From Halobacteriaceae archaeon (GTDB lineage Archaea; Halobacteriota; Halobacteria; Halobacteriales; Halobacteriaceae), in NCBI GenBank assembly GCA_042216675.1, contig JBDGTS010000007.1:1-64000 (forward strand): 64,000 nt of DNA, in the 5' to 3' direction. The translations under genes were made by a program, and so were the position numbers. Below, in pieces: positions 46,155 to 57,800 of this stretch. The number at the start of each line of letters is the position of its first letter. Positions within the stretch are counted from its first letter, which is position 1. Below the pieces are notes generated by a model that had not been told where the DNA came from, did not search any database, and saw only the letters and a program-made list of their open reading frames with translations.

Positions 46155-48743
46155 ATGGCCTCCGACTACAATCACAGCCGCGTCGAGGCGTTCTGGCAAC
46201 GGGCGTGGGACGACGCCGGCGTCTTCGAAGTCGACCCCGACGCCGACGACCCCACCTACGTCCTCGGGATGTTCCCCTACACCTCGGGCGAACTCCACAT
46301 GGGGCACATCCGGAACTACACGCTCACGGACGCCTACGCCCGCTTCCGGCGGATGTGCGGCGACGACGTGCTTCACCCGATGGGCTGGGACGCCTTCGGC
46401 CTCCCCGCAGAGAACGCCGCCCGCGACAGGGGTTCGGACCCGCTGACGTGGACCGAGACGAGCATCGAGGTGATGCGGGACCAACTCGAAGAGATGGGCT
46501 TTGGCTACGACTGGTCCCGCGAGATTCGCACCTGCGACCCCGACTACTACCGGTGGAACCAGTGGCTGTTCACCCGGTTCCACGAGGCGGGCCTCGTGGA
46601 CCACCGGGGCGCCGAGGTGAACTGGTGTCCCGACTGCGCGACGGTCCTCGCGGACGAGCAGGTGGACCGCGAACCCGGCCACGCCGGGGTCTGCTGGCGG
46701 TGTGAGACACCCGTCGAGACGCGCGTCCTCGACCAGTACTTCCTCGCCATCACCGACTACGCCGACGACTTGCTCGACGGCCTCGACGAACTCGACGGCT
46801 GGCCCGACGGCGTGAAAGAGGCCCAGCGCAATTGGATCGGGCGCCGCGAGGGGGCGGCCGTCGCCTTCGATGCGGGCGAGTACGGGGACGTCGAGGCGTT
46901 CACGACGCGCCCGGACACGCTCTACGGCGCGACGTTCGTCGCCCTCGCGCCGTCACATCCCGTCGCGGAGGAACTCGCGGCCGAGAACGAGGCCGTGGCC
47001 GACTACGTGGCCGCCATCAATCGCGAGGAGGGGGCGGACGACCGCTCGGGCGTCTACACCGGCGTCGACGCCGTCCACCCCGCGACGGGCGAGGAACTGC
47101 CCGTCTACGTCGCGGCCTACGTCCTCGGCGACGTGGGGACGGGCGCGCTGATGGGCGTCCCGGCTCACGACCGACGCGACCACGAGTTCGCGGCCGAACA
47201 CGACCTGCCGGTGCGCCGCGTCGTGGCGGGCGGTGACCTTCCCTACGCCGGCGAGGGCGAACTGGTCGACAGCGGCGACTACACCGGCCTCGATAGCGAG
47301 ACGGCCCGCGAGCGACTGCGCACGGAATCCTACGTCGAGTCGCGCACGGCCTACCACCTTCGGGACTGGCTCATCTCTCGCCAGCGCTACTGGGGCACCC
47401 CCATCCCCATCGTCCACTGCCCGGACTGCGGCCCGGTGCGCGTGCCCGACGAGGACCTGCCCGTCGAGTTGCCGCCGTTTCAGGAGACGACCGGGAATCC
47501 TCTCGACGCGGCGACGGAGTGGGTGGAGACGACGTGTCCCGACTGTGGCGGCCCCGCCGAACGCGAGACGGACACGATGGACACCTTCTTCGACTCGTCG
47601 TGGTACTATCTGCGCTACCTCTCGCCGGAGTTCGAAGACGCGCCGTTCGACGCGGACGTGGCGGCCGACTGGCTTCCGGTCGACCAGTACGTCGGCGGCC
47701 GGGAACACGCGGTCCTCCACCTGCTGTACCTGCGCTTCTTCGCGCGGGCCCTCGCGGACATGGACCTCCTGCCCGAGTCGGCCCGCGAGCCAATCGAGAC
47801 GCTGACGACGCAGGGGATGGTCAACCTCGGCGAGGAGAAGATGTCGAAGTCCGCGGGTAACGTCGTCTCGCCCGACGAGTACGGCGCCGACACGACGCGG
47901 CTCGCGGTCCTCTCTGCCGCCGCGCCGGACAGCGACTTCGCGTGGTCGAGCGAACGCGCGAGCGACGCCTACGAGTTCCGCCAGCGAGTGTTCCGCCTCG
48001 TTCGGGAGTACGAGGCGGGCGAGGAACCCGACGAGCGCCGGCCGGTGGACGACTACGTGAGCCGCGAGGTGGACGCCACCATCGAGAACGTGACGGCCGC
48101 CTACGAGGACCTGCAGTTCGAACGCGGCCTCCAGTCGGTGCGCTCGCTCGTCTCCCTGCTGTTCCGCTACCGCCAGCACACGAGTCCAGCACCGGGCACG
48201 TACGCGCGAGGGCTGGAAGCCGTCGTGAAACTGCTCGGCCCGGTGATGCCACACCTCTGTGAGGAACTGTGGGTCGACCTCGACGGTGAGGGCCTGTTGG
48301 CGGCGGCGCCGTGGCCCGACCCCGTTGCCCTCCCTGACGACGTGGACCGGGAGCGAACGCTGGTTCGGGACGTGCGCCGCGACGTGCGCGACATCGCCAC
48401 CGTCGCGGACCTCGACCCCGACGAGATAGTGGTCACCGTCGCGCCGCCGTGGAAGCACGACGCCGCCGCGGCCGCGGCCGCCGACCCGGCCGACGCCTTC
48501 GACGCCGCGTCGGCCGTCGACGGGCCGAGCGAGGAGGCGGTCCGCGAGTTCGCAGGCACCCTCGCCGAACGCGCACGCGAACTCGACCCGCCGCTGGGGG
48601 CCAAGCGGGAGGCCGCGACGCTCGAACGCGCGGCGTGGCTCCTCCGCGACGAGTTCGACGCCGACGTGCGCGTGCGCCGCGCCGACGCGGACGACGTGGC
48701 GCCCGAGGCCGAACCGTACCGGCCGGCAGTCGAACTCCTCTAA
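46155..48743 (+). CDS. leuS: Leucine--tRNA ligase (bacterial-type core, possibly a second paralogue)
   Basis: [21 protein letters not shown]1 editing motifs FTTRPDT and [23 protein letters not shown] and KMSKS. Confidence 0.93.
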   Translation: MASDYNHSRVEAFWQRAWDDAGVFEVDPDADDPTYVLGMFPYTSGELHMGHIRNYTLTDAYARFRRMCGDDVLHPMGWDAFGLPAENAARDRGSDPLTWTETSIEVMRDQLEEMGFGYDWSREIRTCDPDYYRWNQWLFTRFHEAGLVDHRGAEVNWCPDCATVLADEQVDREPGHAGVCWRCETPVETRVLDQYFLAITDYADDLLDGLDELDGWPDGVKEAQRNWIGRREGAAVAFDAGEYGDVEAFTTRPDTLYGATFVALAPSHPVAEELAAENEAVADYVAAINREEGADDRSGVYTGVDAVHPATGEELPVYVAAYVLGDVGTGALMGVPAHDRRDHEFAAEHDLPVRRVVAGGDLPYAGEGELVDSGDYTGLDSETARERLRTESYVESRTAYHLRDWLISRQRYWGTPIPIVHCPDCGPVRVPDEDLPVELPPFQETTGNPLDAATEWVETTCPDCGGPAERETDTMDTFFDSSWYYLRYLSPEFEDAPFDADVAADWLPVDQYVGGREHAVLHLLYLRFFARALADMDLLPESAREPIETLTTQGMVNLGEEKMSKSAGNVVSPDEYGADTTRLAVLSAAAPDSDFAWSSERASDAYEFRQRVFRLVREYEAGEEPDERRPVDDYVSREVDATIENVTAAYEDLQFERGLQSVRSLVSLLFRYRQHTSPAPGTYARGLEAVVKLLGPVMPHLCEELWVDLDGEGLLAAAPWPDPVALPDDVDRERTLVRDVRRDVRDIATVADLDPDEIVVTVAPPWKHDAAAAAAADPADAFDAASAVDGPSEEAVREFAGTLAERARELDPPLGAKREAATLERAAWLLRDEFDADVRVRRADADDVAPEAEPYRPAVELL

Positions 48744-50230
48744 ACGCCGCCGGCTGGCGATTCGCCGCTCGTCTGCGTCGGCAGTGCGTCCGGGCTCTCG
48801 CCCTCCAGCGCGGCCGCGAGGTGGAGAAGCGCCAGCGGCGTCGGGTCGCCGAGGCTGGCGACCCCCGCTTCGTCCACGAACGCGCCGTCGGCGAAGCGCT
48901 CGTCCAGAACGTTCTCGCCGACGCGGGCCGCCGCGCCGAGGTAGCCCGCACGGCCCGTGTCCCGATAGCGTTCGAGGGCCGCGTGGACGGCCCGGTAGTC
49001 GCTCAGGTCGTGGTCGGTCCGGGGCCGGCCATCGTCGTCGCAGAGGCCGAGGCCCGCGGCGAGGTGGCGACACATCTTCTGGCACGTCTCGTCGCCGGTC
49101 CGGCGCGCGGCGAGCGCGTACGCCCACAGGAAACCCGCGTCGGCCTCGATGGGGCCGATGACCCGTCCCTTCGGCCCGAAGTAGCCCTCGCGCCGGATGA
49201 CGAACCCCTCCAGACTGTAGCCGTCCGTCAGCATCGGCTCGAAGTCGTTCTCCGCGGGGCGGTAGGTGCCCGCCCACGCTTGGAGTTCCTCGACGGCCCA
49301 CTCGGTGAACCGCTCGGCGCCGAGTTTCGCGCCGAGTTCGAGTTGCCGACGCTGGACGACCGGTCGCGGCCGGAACAGGGTGCCCTCGAACACCCGGTGG
49401 TCGCCGTGGATGTACGGCGCGAACTGGTACTGCGCCCTGTCGCCCCTGATTTCGGGGCCGTTGCACCAACTGGGGTGCTGGCTGAACTGGTAGCCGCTGA
49501 TGCCCGTCTCGCCGCGCGTCTCGACGTAGCGCTCGGCCAGACGCTCGGCCCACCGCCGGGGCGCGTCGTCGCCGTCGAGGGCTGACAGCAGGCCCGCCGC
49601 GTAGTACAGGTCGCTCCCCGTGTTGACGAACGTGAGGCCGTCGCCCCAGAAGAACACGTCGCCGCCGGCGTAGTCGCGGTCCCAGACGCCCGCCGTGTCC
49701 GGCCCCCACCCGCCGTGGCGGTTGAAGTCCAGTCGGTCCCAGTCGAGGACGTGCGCGGCCCAGAACGCCTCGACGAAGCGCCGCGTCGCGTCGGCGTCCA
49801 CGTCCCAGAGGAACTCGTAGAACGGGTAGTCCCACTTGAGTTCGTGCGGGCCGCCCTTCTTCGTCGCCACGGCGTCGTCGTCCACGTCGTAGGCGACGTG
49901 GCCGCCCCAGTGCAGGAGGCCACTCGGCCCCGCGAGTTCGGCGAGAGCGAACTCGGTCACCTCCGCGGCGGCGTCGCGGTAGCGCGCGTCGCCCGTCGTC
50001 TCGCTGAGGCCCATCAGCGCACGGAGGAACGGCTGTTGGACCGCGAAGTTCGAGAGCCGTCGCCCCTCCCCCACGTCGCGTTCGTCGCGCGCGACCGGTT
50101 CGCCCGCGGCGGGGTCCACGCCGTCGACGAGCAACGGCGTCTCGACGGTCCCGAAGCGGTCCCGGCCGTGTTCGAGCATCGCGTCCGCGTGGGAGCGCAC
50201 CGCCTCGACCAGCGTCGCGGCGTCTGTCAT
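48740..50230 (-). CDS. Pectate lyase family 2 (PL2, PelW/exo-polygalacturonate lyase-like), no signal peptide
   Basis: TPLLVDG, SNFAVQQ, LLHWGGH, HELK, FWAAHV.DW..LDFNRHG and [11 protein letters not shown] match PL2 motifs. Confidence 0.8.
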   Translation of the reverse strand: MTDAATLVEAVRSHADAMLEHGRDRFGTVETPLLVDGVDPAAGEPVARDERDVGEGRRLSNFAVQQPFLRALMGLSETTGDARYRDAAAEVTEFALAELAGPSGLLHWGGHVAYDVDDDAVATKKGGPHELKWDYPFYEFLWDVDADATRRFVEAFWAAHVLDWDRLDFNRHGGWGPDTAGVWDRDYAGGDVFFWGDGLTFVNTGSDLYYAAGLLSALDGDDAPRRWAERLAERYVETRGETGISGYQFSQHPSWCNGPEIRGDRAQYQFAPYIHGDHRVFEGTLFRPRPVVQRRQLELGAKLGAERFTEWAVEELQAWAGTYRPAENDFEPMLTDGYSLEGFVIRREGYFGPKGRVIGPIEADAGFLWAYALAARRTGDETCQKMCRHLAAGLGLCDDDGRPRTDHDLSDYRAVHAALERYRDTGRAGYLGAAARVGENVLDERFADGAFVDEAGVASLGDPTPLALLHLAAALEGESPDALPTQTSGESPAGGV

Positions 50231-50313
50231 ACCCGCCCCTGTGCGAGCGGCGACTTGTGTGTTGTGCCCGCGGACCACAACATATAACTCCGCAACCTCG
50301 GTCGCGGTAGACG

Positions 50314-51318
50314 ATGACAGACGACCTCCGCTTCGGCGTCGTCGGCGTCGCCGGCATGGGCGGCACGCACGCCGACGCCCTCGAACAGACGGACGGCGCG
50401 TCGCTCGTGGCCGGGGCCGACCTGGACGAGGCGGCCGCCGACGAGTTCGCCGACGAGTACGGCGTCGCCGCGTACACCGACACCGTCGAGATGGTCCGGG
50501 ACGCGGACCTCGACGCCGCGTGCATCTGCACGCCCAACGGCACCCACGCCGACGTCGTGGAGGACGTGGCCGCCGAGGGCGTCGATATTCTCTGCGAGAA
50601 ACCCCTCGACGTGACGCCCGAACGGGTCGCTCGGGTCATCGAGGCCTGCGAGGACGCCGGAGTGACCCTCGGCGTCTGCCTCCAGCGACGCACGCTCGGC
50701 GGTCCGCGCCTCGCCCGCGACGCCGTGGCGGACGGCACTCTCGGGGACCTCACGCTCGCGGACGTGCAGGTGAAGTGGCACCGCACGAGCGACTACTACG
50801 ACGTGGGCTGGCGGGGGACCGCAGACCTCGACGGCGGCGTCCTCCTGACGCAGGCGCTCCACGGCATCGACTTGCTCCAGTGGGCCGCGGGCGGCGTCGA
50901 ACGGGTGACGGCCACCGTCGAGACGATGCACCACGAGGGAATCGAAGTCCCCGACACCGCGGCGGCGACGCTGGAGTTCGAGAACGGCGCCTACGGCCAG
51001 ATTTCGGCTTCGACGGCCGTCTACCCCCAGTACCCCATCACCCTGCAGGTCCACGGCACCGAGGGGTCGGTCCGGTGGCACGAGGACGAACTGGACGAGT
51101 TCACCGTCGAGGGCCGCGACGACGCGGCCCTGCCGGATCCCGAACCGTTCGAGTTGGGGCGGGGCCACCTCGGCATCGTGCGGGACTTCGTGGAAGCGCT
51201 TCAGGAGGGCCGCGAACCGATGGTCTCGGGCGCCGACGCACGCGACGTCCACGACCTCGTGTTCGCCATCGCGCAGGCCGCCGAGACGGACGAGTGGGTC
51301 GCACTCCCCGACCGGTAG
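50314..51318 (+). CDS. Gfo/Idh/MocA family oxidoreductase (ThuB-like position)
   Basis: ICTPNGTH, ILCEKP, WRGT...GGVLLTQALHGID. Confidence 0.9.
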   Translation: MTDDLRFGVVGVAGMGGTHADALEQTDGASLVAGADLDEAAADEFADEYGVAAYTDTVEMVRDADLDAACICTPNGTHADVVEDVAAEGVDILCEKPLDVTPERVARVIEACEDAGVTLGVCLQRRTLGGPRLARDAVADGTLGDLTLADVQVKWHRTSDYYDVGWRGTADLDGGVLLTQALHGIDLLQWAAGGVERVTATVETMHHEGIEVPDTAAATLEFENGAYGQISASTAVYPQYPITLQVHGTEGSVRWHEDELDEFTVEGRDDAALPDPEPFELGRGHLGIVRDFVEALQEGREPMVSGADARDVHDLVFAIAQAAETDEWVALPDR

Positions 51319-51349
51319 GCTTTATTCGGCGCCGGGGCCACCCTCGGGC

Positions 51350-52069
51350 ATGTCGCTGACGGTCACCGTCTGGAACGAGAACGTCCACGAACAGGAGGAC
51401 CCCGAGGTGGCGGAGCGCTACCCCGACGGCATCCACGGGGCCATCGCCGACTTCCTCGACGACGCGGGCCACGACGCGCGCACCGCGACGCTACAGGAAC
51501 CGGAGCACGGTCTCGACGAGGGGACCATCGCGGAGACGGACGTGCTGGTCTGGTGGTCCCACGCCGCCAACGACGAGGTGACAGACGAGGTGGCCGACCG
51601 TGTCGTGGACGCCGTCCTCGACGGGATGGGCTTCATCCCCCTTCACTCCGGGAAGAACTCGAAGCCGTTCAAGCGCCTGATGGGGACCTCCTGTGCCATC
51701 AAGTACCGCCACGGCGGCGAGACGGAGCGAATCTGGGTCGTGGACCCCAGTCATCCCATCGCCGACGGCCTCGACGACCACTTCGAGATTCCCGAGACGG
51801 AGATGTACGGGGAGCCGTACATGGTGCCCGAACCGGACCGCCTCGTCTTCACCTCGTGGTTCGAGGGCGGCGAGGTGTTCCGCTCCGGCTGTTGCTACCA
51901 CCGCGGTCGCGGGAACATCTTCGCGTTCCGGCCCGGACACGAGGAGTACCCAATCTTCTATCAGGACGAGGTCCAGACGGTCGTCGAGAACGCCGTGGAG
52001 TGGGCCGCGCCGAACGAGGGCGCGAGCGCCACCCACGGCCACAGCGAACCGCTGGAGGACTTCGAGTAA
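51350..52069 (+). CDS. thuA: Trehalose-utilisation ThuA family protein
   Basis: VTVWNENVHE, YPDGIH, PEHGL, DVLVWWSH, LHSG, EMYGE, SWFEGGEVFRSG and FRPGHE. Confidence 0.9.
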   Translation: MSLTVTVWNENVHEQEDPEVAERYPDGIHGAIADFLDDAGHDARTATLQEPEHGLDEGTIAETDVLVWWSHAANDEVTDEVADRVVDAVLDGMGFIPLHSGKNSKPFKRLMGTSCAIKYRHGGETERIWVVDPSHPIADGLDDHFEIPETEMYGEPYMVPEPDRLVFTSWFEGGEVFRSGCCYHRGRGNIFAFRPGHEEYPIFYQDEVQTVVENAVEWAAPNEGASATHGHSEPLEDFE

Positions 52070-53497
52070 CTACTCGGAGACGGCCGTCTCGGCGCGCCCC
52101 AGACGGTTTCCGGTGAGTTCCACGTCGACGCAGTCGTCCAGTTCGAGGAAGGTTCCGGTCCCCTCCGCGGCGGCGCAGGCGTGGACGAGCGCGCCGTCCA
52201 CGTCCGCGAAGCGACAGACTGGCTCCCCGGCGGCGGGGTCGGGCGAGCGCAGGCGGTCCACGTCGAGGTCGGTCACCGACCGCGCGGCGACGGCGGGCGT
52301 CTCTTCGGCACTCGCGGTCACGTCGTGGAGGAACACGCCCTCGGCGTTGCTCACGTCGAAGCCACGGCGCGCGCCCTCGACGCGGACGTTCGAGAGGGTG
52401 AAGTCCTGCACGGGCATCTCCGGTAGGCCCTCCACGAGAGCGGCCGTGTCGGCACCGGCGACGGTGACGTTCTCGTAGTGGACGCCCCGGACCGTCGGCG
52501 TCCCCTCGGTGACGGGGTCGGGGTCCGGGTCGCCCTTGCCGTCGTGGTAGTGCATCGAGACGGTGAACCCGGAGTATTCGATGTCGCGCATCACGATAGT
52601 GCTCGCGCGGATGTTCTCGATGACGCCGCCGCGCCCGCGTCTGGTCTTGATGCGCAGGCCGCGGTCGGTGCCGTCGAAGACGCAGTTCGAGACGACGACG
52701 TTGCGCACGTCGCCGGACATCTCGGACCCGATGGTGACGCCACCGTGCCCGCGCCGCATCGTGCAGTTCGTCACGACGACGTTCTCGCAGGGTTCGCCCA
52801 CCTCGCGGCCGTCCTCGTCGAAGCCGGACTTGATAGTGATGCAGTCGTCGCCCACGTCGATGTGGCAGTTCGCGATGCGGACGTGCTGACAGGAGTCGGG
52901 GTTGATGCCGTCCGTGTTCACCGAGGACTCGGGGTTCTCGACGGTGACGCCCTCGACGGCGACGTTCTCGCAGTAGACGGGGTGGACCGTCCACGAGGGC
53001 GAATTGCGGATGGTGACGCCGCGCACGAGGACGTTCTCGCAGTCGTAGAGGTTGATGACCCGCGGTCGCGGATAGTCGAGTTCGCCGGGGTACGGTCGCC
53101 CGCGCCCGAGTTCGTGGTCCTGCTCGTCGCGGCGGTACGTCGCCCACCACACCTCGCCGCCGCCGTCGATGGTTCCGCGGCCGGTGATGGACACGTCCGT
53201 CAGGTCGTGGCCGGTGAACAGCGACGCGTACACCTCTCGCTCGACGCCCTCCCAGCGTCCGGCGACGCCGGGGTAGGACTCCACGTCTTCGAGGGCGCGA
53301 ACCAGCGCCCCGCTCTCGACGTGGACGCGCACGCCGGACCGGAGGAACAGGGGGCCGGTGAGATACTCGCCGGACGGGAACCGGACGACGCCGCCGCCCG
53401 CGTCGCCGCAGTCGTCGATGGCCGACTGGATTTCGTCAGTCGATTCGGTTCGGCCCTCGACGTCAGCGCCGTACTCCGTCACGTCAACTGTGACCAT
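52070..53497 (-). CDS. Polygalacturonase (GH28)
   Basis: Catalytic motifs NTDG, GDD, GHG and RIK are all present; no signal peptide. Confidence 0.93.
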   Translation of the reverse strand: MVTVDVTEYGADVEGRTESTDEIQSAIDDCGDAGGGVVRFPSGEYLTGPLFLRSGVRVHVESGALVRALEDVESYPGVAGRWEGVEREVYASLFTGHDLTDVSITGRGTIDGGGEVWWATYRRDEQDHELGRGRPYPGELDYPRPRVINLYDCENVLVRGVTIRNSPSWTVHPVYCENVAVEGVTVENPESSVNTDGINPDSCQHVRIANCHIDVGDDCITIKSGFDEDGREVGEPCENVVVTNCTMRRGHGGVTIGSEMSGDVRNVVVSNCVFDGTDRGLRIKTRRGRGGVIENIRASTIVMRDIEYSGFTVSMHYHDGKGDPDPDPVTEGTPTVRGVHYENVTVAGADTAALVEGLPEMPVQDFTLSNVRVEGARRGFDVSNAEGVFLHDVTASAEETPAVAARSVTDLDVDRLRSPDPAAGEPVCRFADVDGALVHACAAAEGTGTFLELDDCVDVELTGNRLGRAETAVSE

Positions 53498-53533
53498 GCC
53501 TCGCCGTTTCGCCGCCCCCACAAAAACGTCCCG

Positions 53534-54778
53534 CTACTCGTAGTGGAACTCCGTCCACGGCCCCTCCTCGAAGGGGTACTCCGCCACGACGTCGAGGTTC
53601 ACCTCGAAGCCCAGTCCCGGGTCGTCGGGCACGGCGAGGCGCCCGTTCTCGACGGCCGGTTCATCCTCGATGAGGTCGAACGCCGCGTCGAAGGGGTACA
53701 TCCCGGGGTCGCCGTCGGCGGCGATGAGCGGGTCGTTCTCGAAGACGGGGTACTCCACGAGGTCGACGTCCGGCGCGGCGGCGACGAGGTGCGCGTTCGC
53801 CAGCAGACCGATCCACGTCCCGAAGTTGTGCGGCACGAACTCCACGTCCCGGCCGCGGCAGAACTCGACGGCCGGCACGCATCCGGTGAAGCCCCGGTGG
53901 TGGCGCACGTCGCCCTGCAGGAAGTCCACGGCGCCCGTGCGCCCGAGTTCGAGGAGGCCCTCGGGCGTCTCCTCGCTCTCGCCGCCGGCGAGGGGGGCGT
54001 CAGTCGTCTCCGCCAGCCACTCGTAGCCCTCGTAGTCGTCTGGCGCGACTGGCTCCTCGACCCAGTAGGCGCCCTGTTCGGCGGCGTACTGGACGATGGA
54101 CTGAATCTCCGCGTCGTCGTAGGCGTCCTCCAGTTTCCACCACGTGTGCGCGTCGAGCATCATCGCCGTCTCGTCGAGGGCCTCGGCCACGAGGTCGATG
54201 GTCCGCTTGTCGGCGTCGGGGCCGATGCCGGGCCGGTACTTGTAGCCGAAGAAGCCCTCTTCCTCGACGATGGCCGCTTGCTCGGCGAAGCCCTCGGGGT
54301 CCATGTACATCCCAGCGCTGGCGTAGAGGGGGAGGTCCGTCGTGGCCTCGGGCGCGTCGTCGAACTCCTCGCGGAGCAGTTCGTAGACCGGCACCCCCTC
54401 CTCCTTCCCGCGGATGTCGTAGAGGGCCACGTCCACGGCCGAGATCGCCTTCGTGGTCAGGTCGGCGGGGAGCGACGACGCCTCCAGCAGGTCGTGGGCG
54501 TCGGTGATGGCATCGATGTCCTCGCCTTCGAGGGCGTCGGCGACGGTGCTGTTCAGCACGTCCGCGAAAGTGCCCTGTGACTTGTCCTCGAAGAACTCCT
54601 TCATCGACGAACTCGACGCGCCGGCCGTCGCCGCGCCCCGGAGACCGGTGGCCGTCTCGACGACCACGAGGACCACGTCTCGCTTCAGCAGGCGACGGTA
54701 CCCCCCGTGGAACTCCCGTTTCTGCGTCGGGTCGATGGGCGACGACAGCGCGTACCCGGTGACGTCTGTGACGTGCAT
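53534..54778 (-). CDS. Mandelate racemase/muconate lactonizing (enolase superfamily) enzyme, probable sugar-acid dehydratase
   Basis: AISAVDVALYDIRGK...PVYELL, LYAS, MLDAH, WVEEP, GGESE and VPH. Confidence 0.88.
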   Translation of the reverse strand: MHVTDVTGYALSSPIDPTQKREFHGGYRRLLKRDVVLVVVETATGLRGAATAGASSSSMKEFFEDKSQGTFADVLNSTVADALEGEDIDAITDAHDLLEASSLPADLTTKAISAVDVALYDIRGKEEGVPVYELLREEFDDAPEATTDLPLYASAGMYMDPEGFAEQAAIVEEEGFFGYKYRPGIGPDADKRTIDLVAEALDETAMMLDAHTWWKLEDAYDDAEIQSIVQYAAEQGAYWVEEPVAPDDYEGYEWLAETTDAPLAGGESEETPEGLLELGRTGAVDFLQGDVRHHRGFTGCVPAVEFCRGRDVEFVPHNFGTWIGLLANAHLVAAAPDVDLVEYPVFENDPLIAADGDPGMYPFDAAFDLIEDEPAVENGRLAVPDDPGLGFEVNLDVVAEYPFEEGPWTEFHYE

Positions 54779-54861
54779 GCGGGGGAGTGACGAGCGACGT
54801 GGCTAAAGGCTCCCGGTTCGGCCCCCGCAACTTTACTACCCCGCCGGGGGAACGGGGGGCC

Positions 54862-57800
54862 GTGTCAGCGACACCCCCTGCCCCGACCGGCCTCCGCGTC
54901 GACGGCCGCACCGACGACCCGACGATACCCGCGACGCCCCACTTTGGATGGCGCGTCGACGACCCCGATTGGGGCGACGAGCAGACGGCGTACCGCGTCC
55001 GCGTCGCTCGCTCCCCGGACGGCCCCCTCGTGTGGGACAGCGGCCGCGTCGAGAGCGCCGACTCGACTGACGTGTCCTACGACGGCCCCGCACTCGATTC
55101 CGACGCGCGCTACTGGTGGACCGTGCGCGTCTGGAACGACGACGGCGAGCGCTCGGCGCGGAGCGACCCCGCCAGTTTCCGCACCGCGCCCGAGACGCCG
55201 TGGGCCGGCGACTGGATCGGACCCGACGGCGACACCAACGGCTTCCGGACGCGCTTCGAGGACCCCGACGACGCGCCGTGGGTCGCCGTCGACGTGGGCG
55301 AGCAGACCCCGATCTCGGAGATTGCGCTCCACCCGACCGAGCCGTTCGGCGGCCCGGAGACGCCCGACGGCAAGACGCTGACCGCCCAAGACACCGAGGA
55401 GACGTACCGCGACACCACCGTCGCACAGGGTCCCGTCGCGTTCGGTTTTCCGGATACCTACCGGGTCGAGGTGGCCGACGACGCCGACTTTGCGGACGCG
55501 GAGACCGTCGTCGAGGCCGACGGGGCAGACGTGCGCCGGGACCCCGCCGAACACGAGGTGGAGGCCGTGGGGCGCTACGTCCGCGTCGTCGCCACCGACC
55601 CCGACGTGGTGGGCGGGGACGACGACAGACTCCGCGAGGAGCGCCGCGACTGGAGCGTCCTCGCCCTCGCGGCTCTCGAAGTCAGAGACGGGTCGGGGGC
55701 GGACGCGGCCCGGGGCCGGCCGGTCACCCCGTCCTCCAGCGTCGAGAGCGAGGCGTGGGGTGCCACTCACCTGACGAACGGCGTCACGGAGTCCCGCTTC
55801 GGCGAGGGGTCCCCGCGCCTCCGCCGCGAGGTCACGCTCTCGAAGCGGGTGGCGAGCGCGCACGTCCACGTCGCCGCTCTCGGCTACGGCGAACTGTACC
55901 TGAACGGCGAGAAGGTGGGTGATTCGGTCCTCGACCCCGGCTGGACCGACTACACCGAGCGCGTCCTGTACCGGACTTACGACGTGACCGACCACCTTTC
56001 GGCGGGCGAGAACGCGCTGGGCCTCTGGCTCGGCCGCGGCTGGTTCGCGAAGCCGGTGCGCCAGTGGCCCGCCGTCGGCGCGCCGCGGGCGACGCTCCGC
56101 CTCACCGTCGAGTACGCGGACGGGACGACGCGCACCGTCACCACCGGCCCCGACTGGCGCCTCGGGCCGAGTCCCGTCACCGAGAACGACATCTACGACG
56201 GCGAGTCGTACGACGCGCGCCGCGAGGAACCCGGCTGGGCGACTCCCGGCTTCGACGACGGCCACTGGGAGAGTACCCCCGTCGTCACGGCGCCCGACGG
56301 CGAACTGTACCCCCAGCAGACGCCCCCGATTCGCGTGACCGAACGGCGCGAGCCAGTCGAGGTGACGGCCCGCGACGGCGGCCACGTCGTCGACTTCGGC
56401 CAGAACCTCACCGGCTGGGTCGAACTCACCGTCCGCGGCGCCGACGCCGGGGACGAACTCACCGTCAGCCACGCCGAGGCGCTGAACGACGACGGCTCCC
56501 TGCAGACGGTGGACCTCCGCACCGCCGAGGCGACGGACACCTACGTCGCGCGCGGCGACGATGCCGAGACGTACGCGCCGCGGTTCACGTACCACGGCTT
56601 CCGCTACGCTCGAATCGAGGGCTATCCCGGGGACCTCGACCCCGCGGACGTGACGGCCGAAGTCGTCCACACGGACTTCGACGACACCGGCCGCTTCGCC
56701 TGCGCGGACGCGGACCTGAACGCCGTGCAGGAAAACGCCCGGTGGGGCCTGCGCTCGAACGCCCACTCGGTGCCGACGGACTGCCCCCAACGCGACGAGC
56801 GACAGGGCTTCACCGGCGACGGGCACCTCGCGGGGGGCGCCCTGCACTACAACTTCGGCGCCGGGCGCTTCCACGAGAAGTTCGCCCGGGACCACGCCGA
56901 CGCGCAGTCCGCCCACGGCTACGTCCCCTCGAAGATGCCCCACGGCAGTCAGCCGGCGATGACCGACCCGACGTGGACGTACTCGCTTTTGGACGTGCCG
57001 TGGCGCACGTACTGCCACGACGCCGACGCGCGGTCGCTCCGCGCGCTCTATCCCCGGTTCGCCCGCTACGTCGCCTACTACCGCGACGTGGGCGACCCGC
57101 TGCTTCCGGAGCGGTTCAGCAGTTACGGCGACTGGGTGGCGCTCGAAAACGCCGACGGGCGCGTGGGGAAGCCCGTAGACCTGTTCACCAACGCCTACCA
57201 CTACCGCGCCCTCGACGTGGCGGCGCGCGTCGCCGACGCCCTCGGCACCGACGACGCGGAGCGCTACCGGGCGGCGGCCGAGGAGGTGGCCGCGGCGTTC
57301 GTCGAGCGCTACTTCGACGCCGACGCCGGGAGTTTCGGCGACACGCAGGCCGCGAACGCCGTGCCCCTCGCACTCGGCCTCGTGCCGGAGGACCGCGAGG
57401 CCGACGTGGCCGAGGCGCTGGTCGCTCGGGTCCGCGCGGCCGACGGCCACCTCCAGACCGGGTTCCTCGGCACGCCGGCGCTCCTCCGCGCCCTCACCGA
57501 GTCCGGGCACGCAGACGTGGCCTACGAGGTGGCCAGCACGCCCGAGAAGCCCGGCTGGGTGTATCAGGTCCGGCAGGGCGCGACGACGGTGTGGGAGCGC
57601 TGGGACACCGACGAGCGGGTGGGGTCGCGGATGAACTCCCGGAACCACTCGCCGTTCGCCCTCGTCTCCGAGTGGTTCTACGAGGGCGTCGCGGGCCTCG
57701 AATGCTCGTCGGCGCTCCCCCGCGAGCGACGGGTGGACGTGCGCCCGGGCCGCATCTCCGCCCTCGACTGGGCCGAGGCGGCCGTCGAGACGCCCCACGG

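Noticed and set aside
46953-50786. 1277-aa minus-strand ORF and similar long ORFs (1545-3500, 54865-58062, 58798-61503, 9492-11396)
   Set aside because: These are Arg/Gly/Ala-rich or V/E/R-patterned shadow frames overlapping well-supported genes, as expected in high-GC DNA with strong codon bias.
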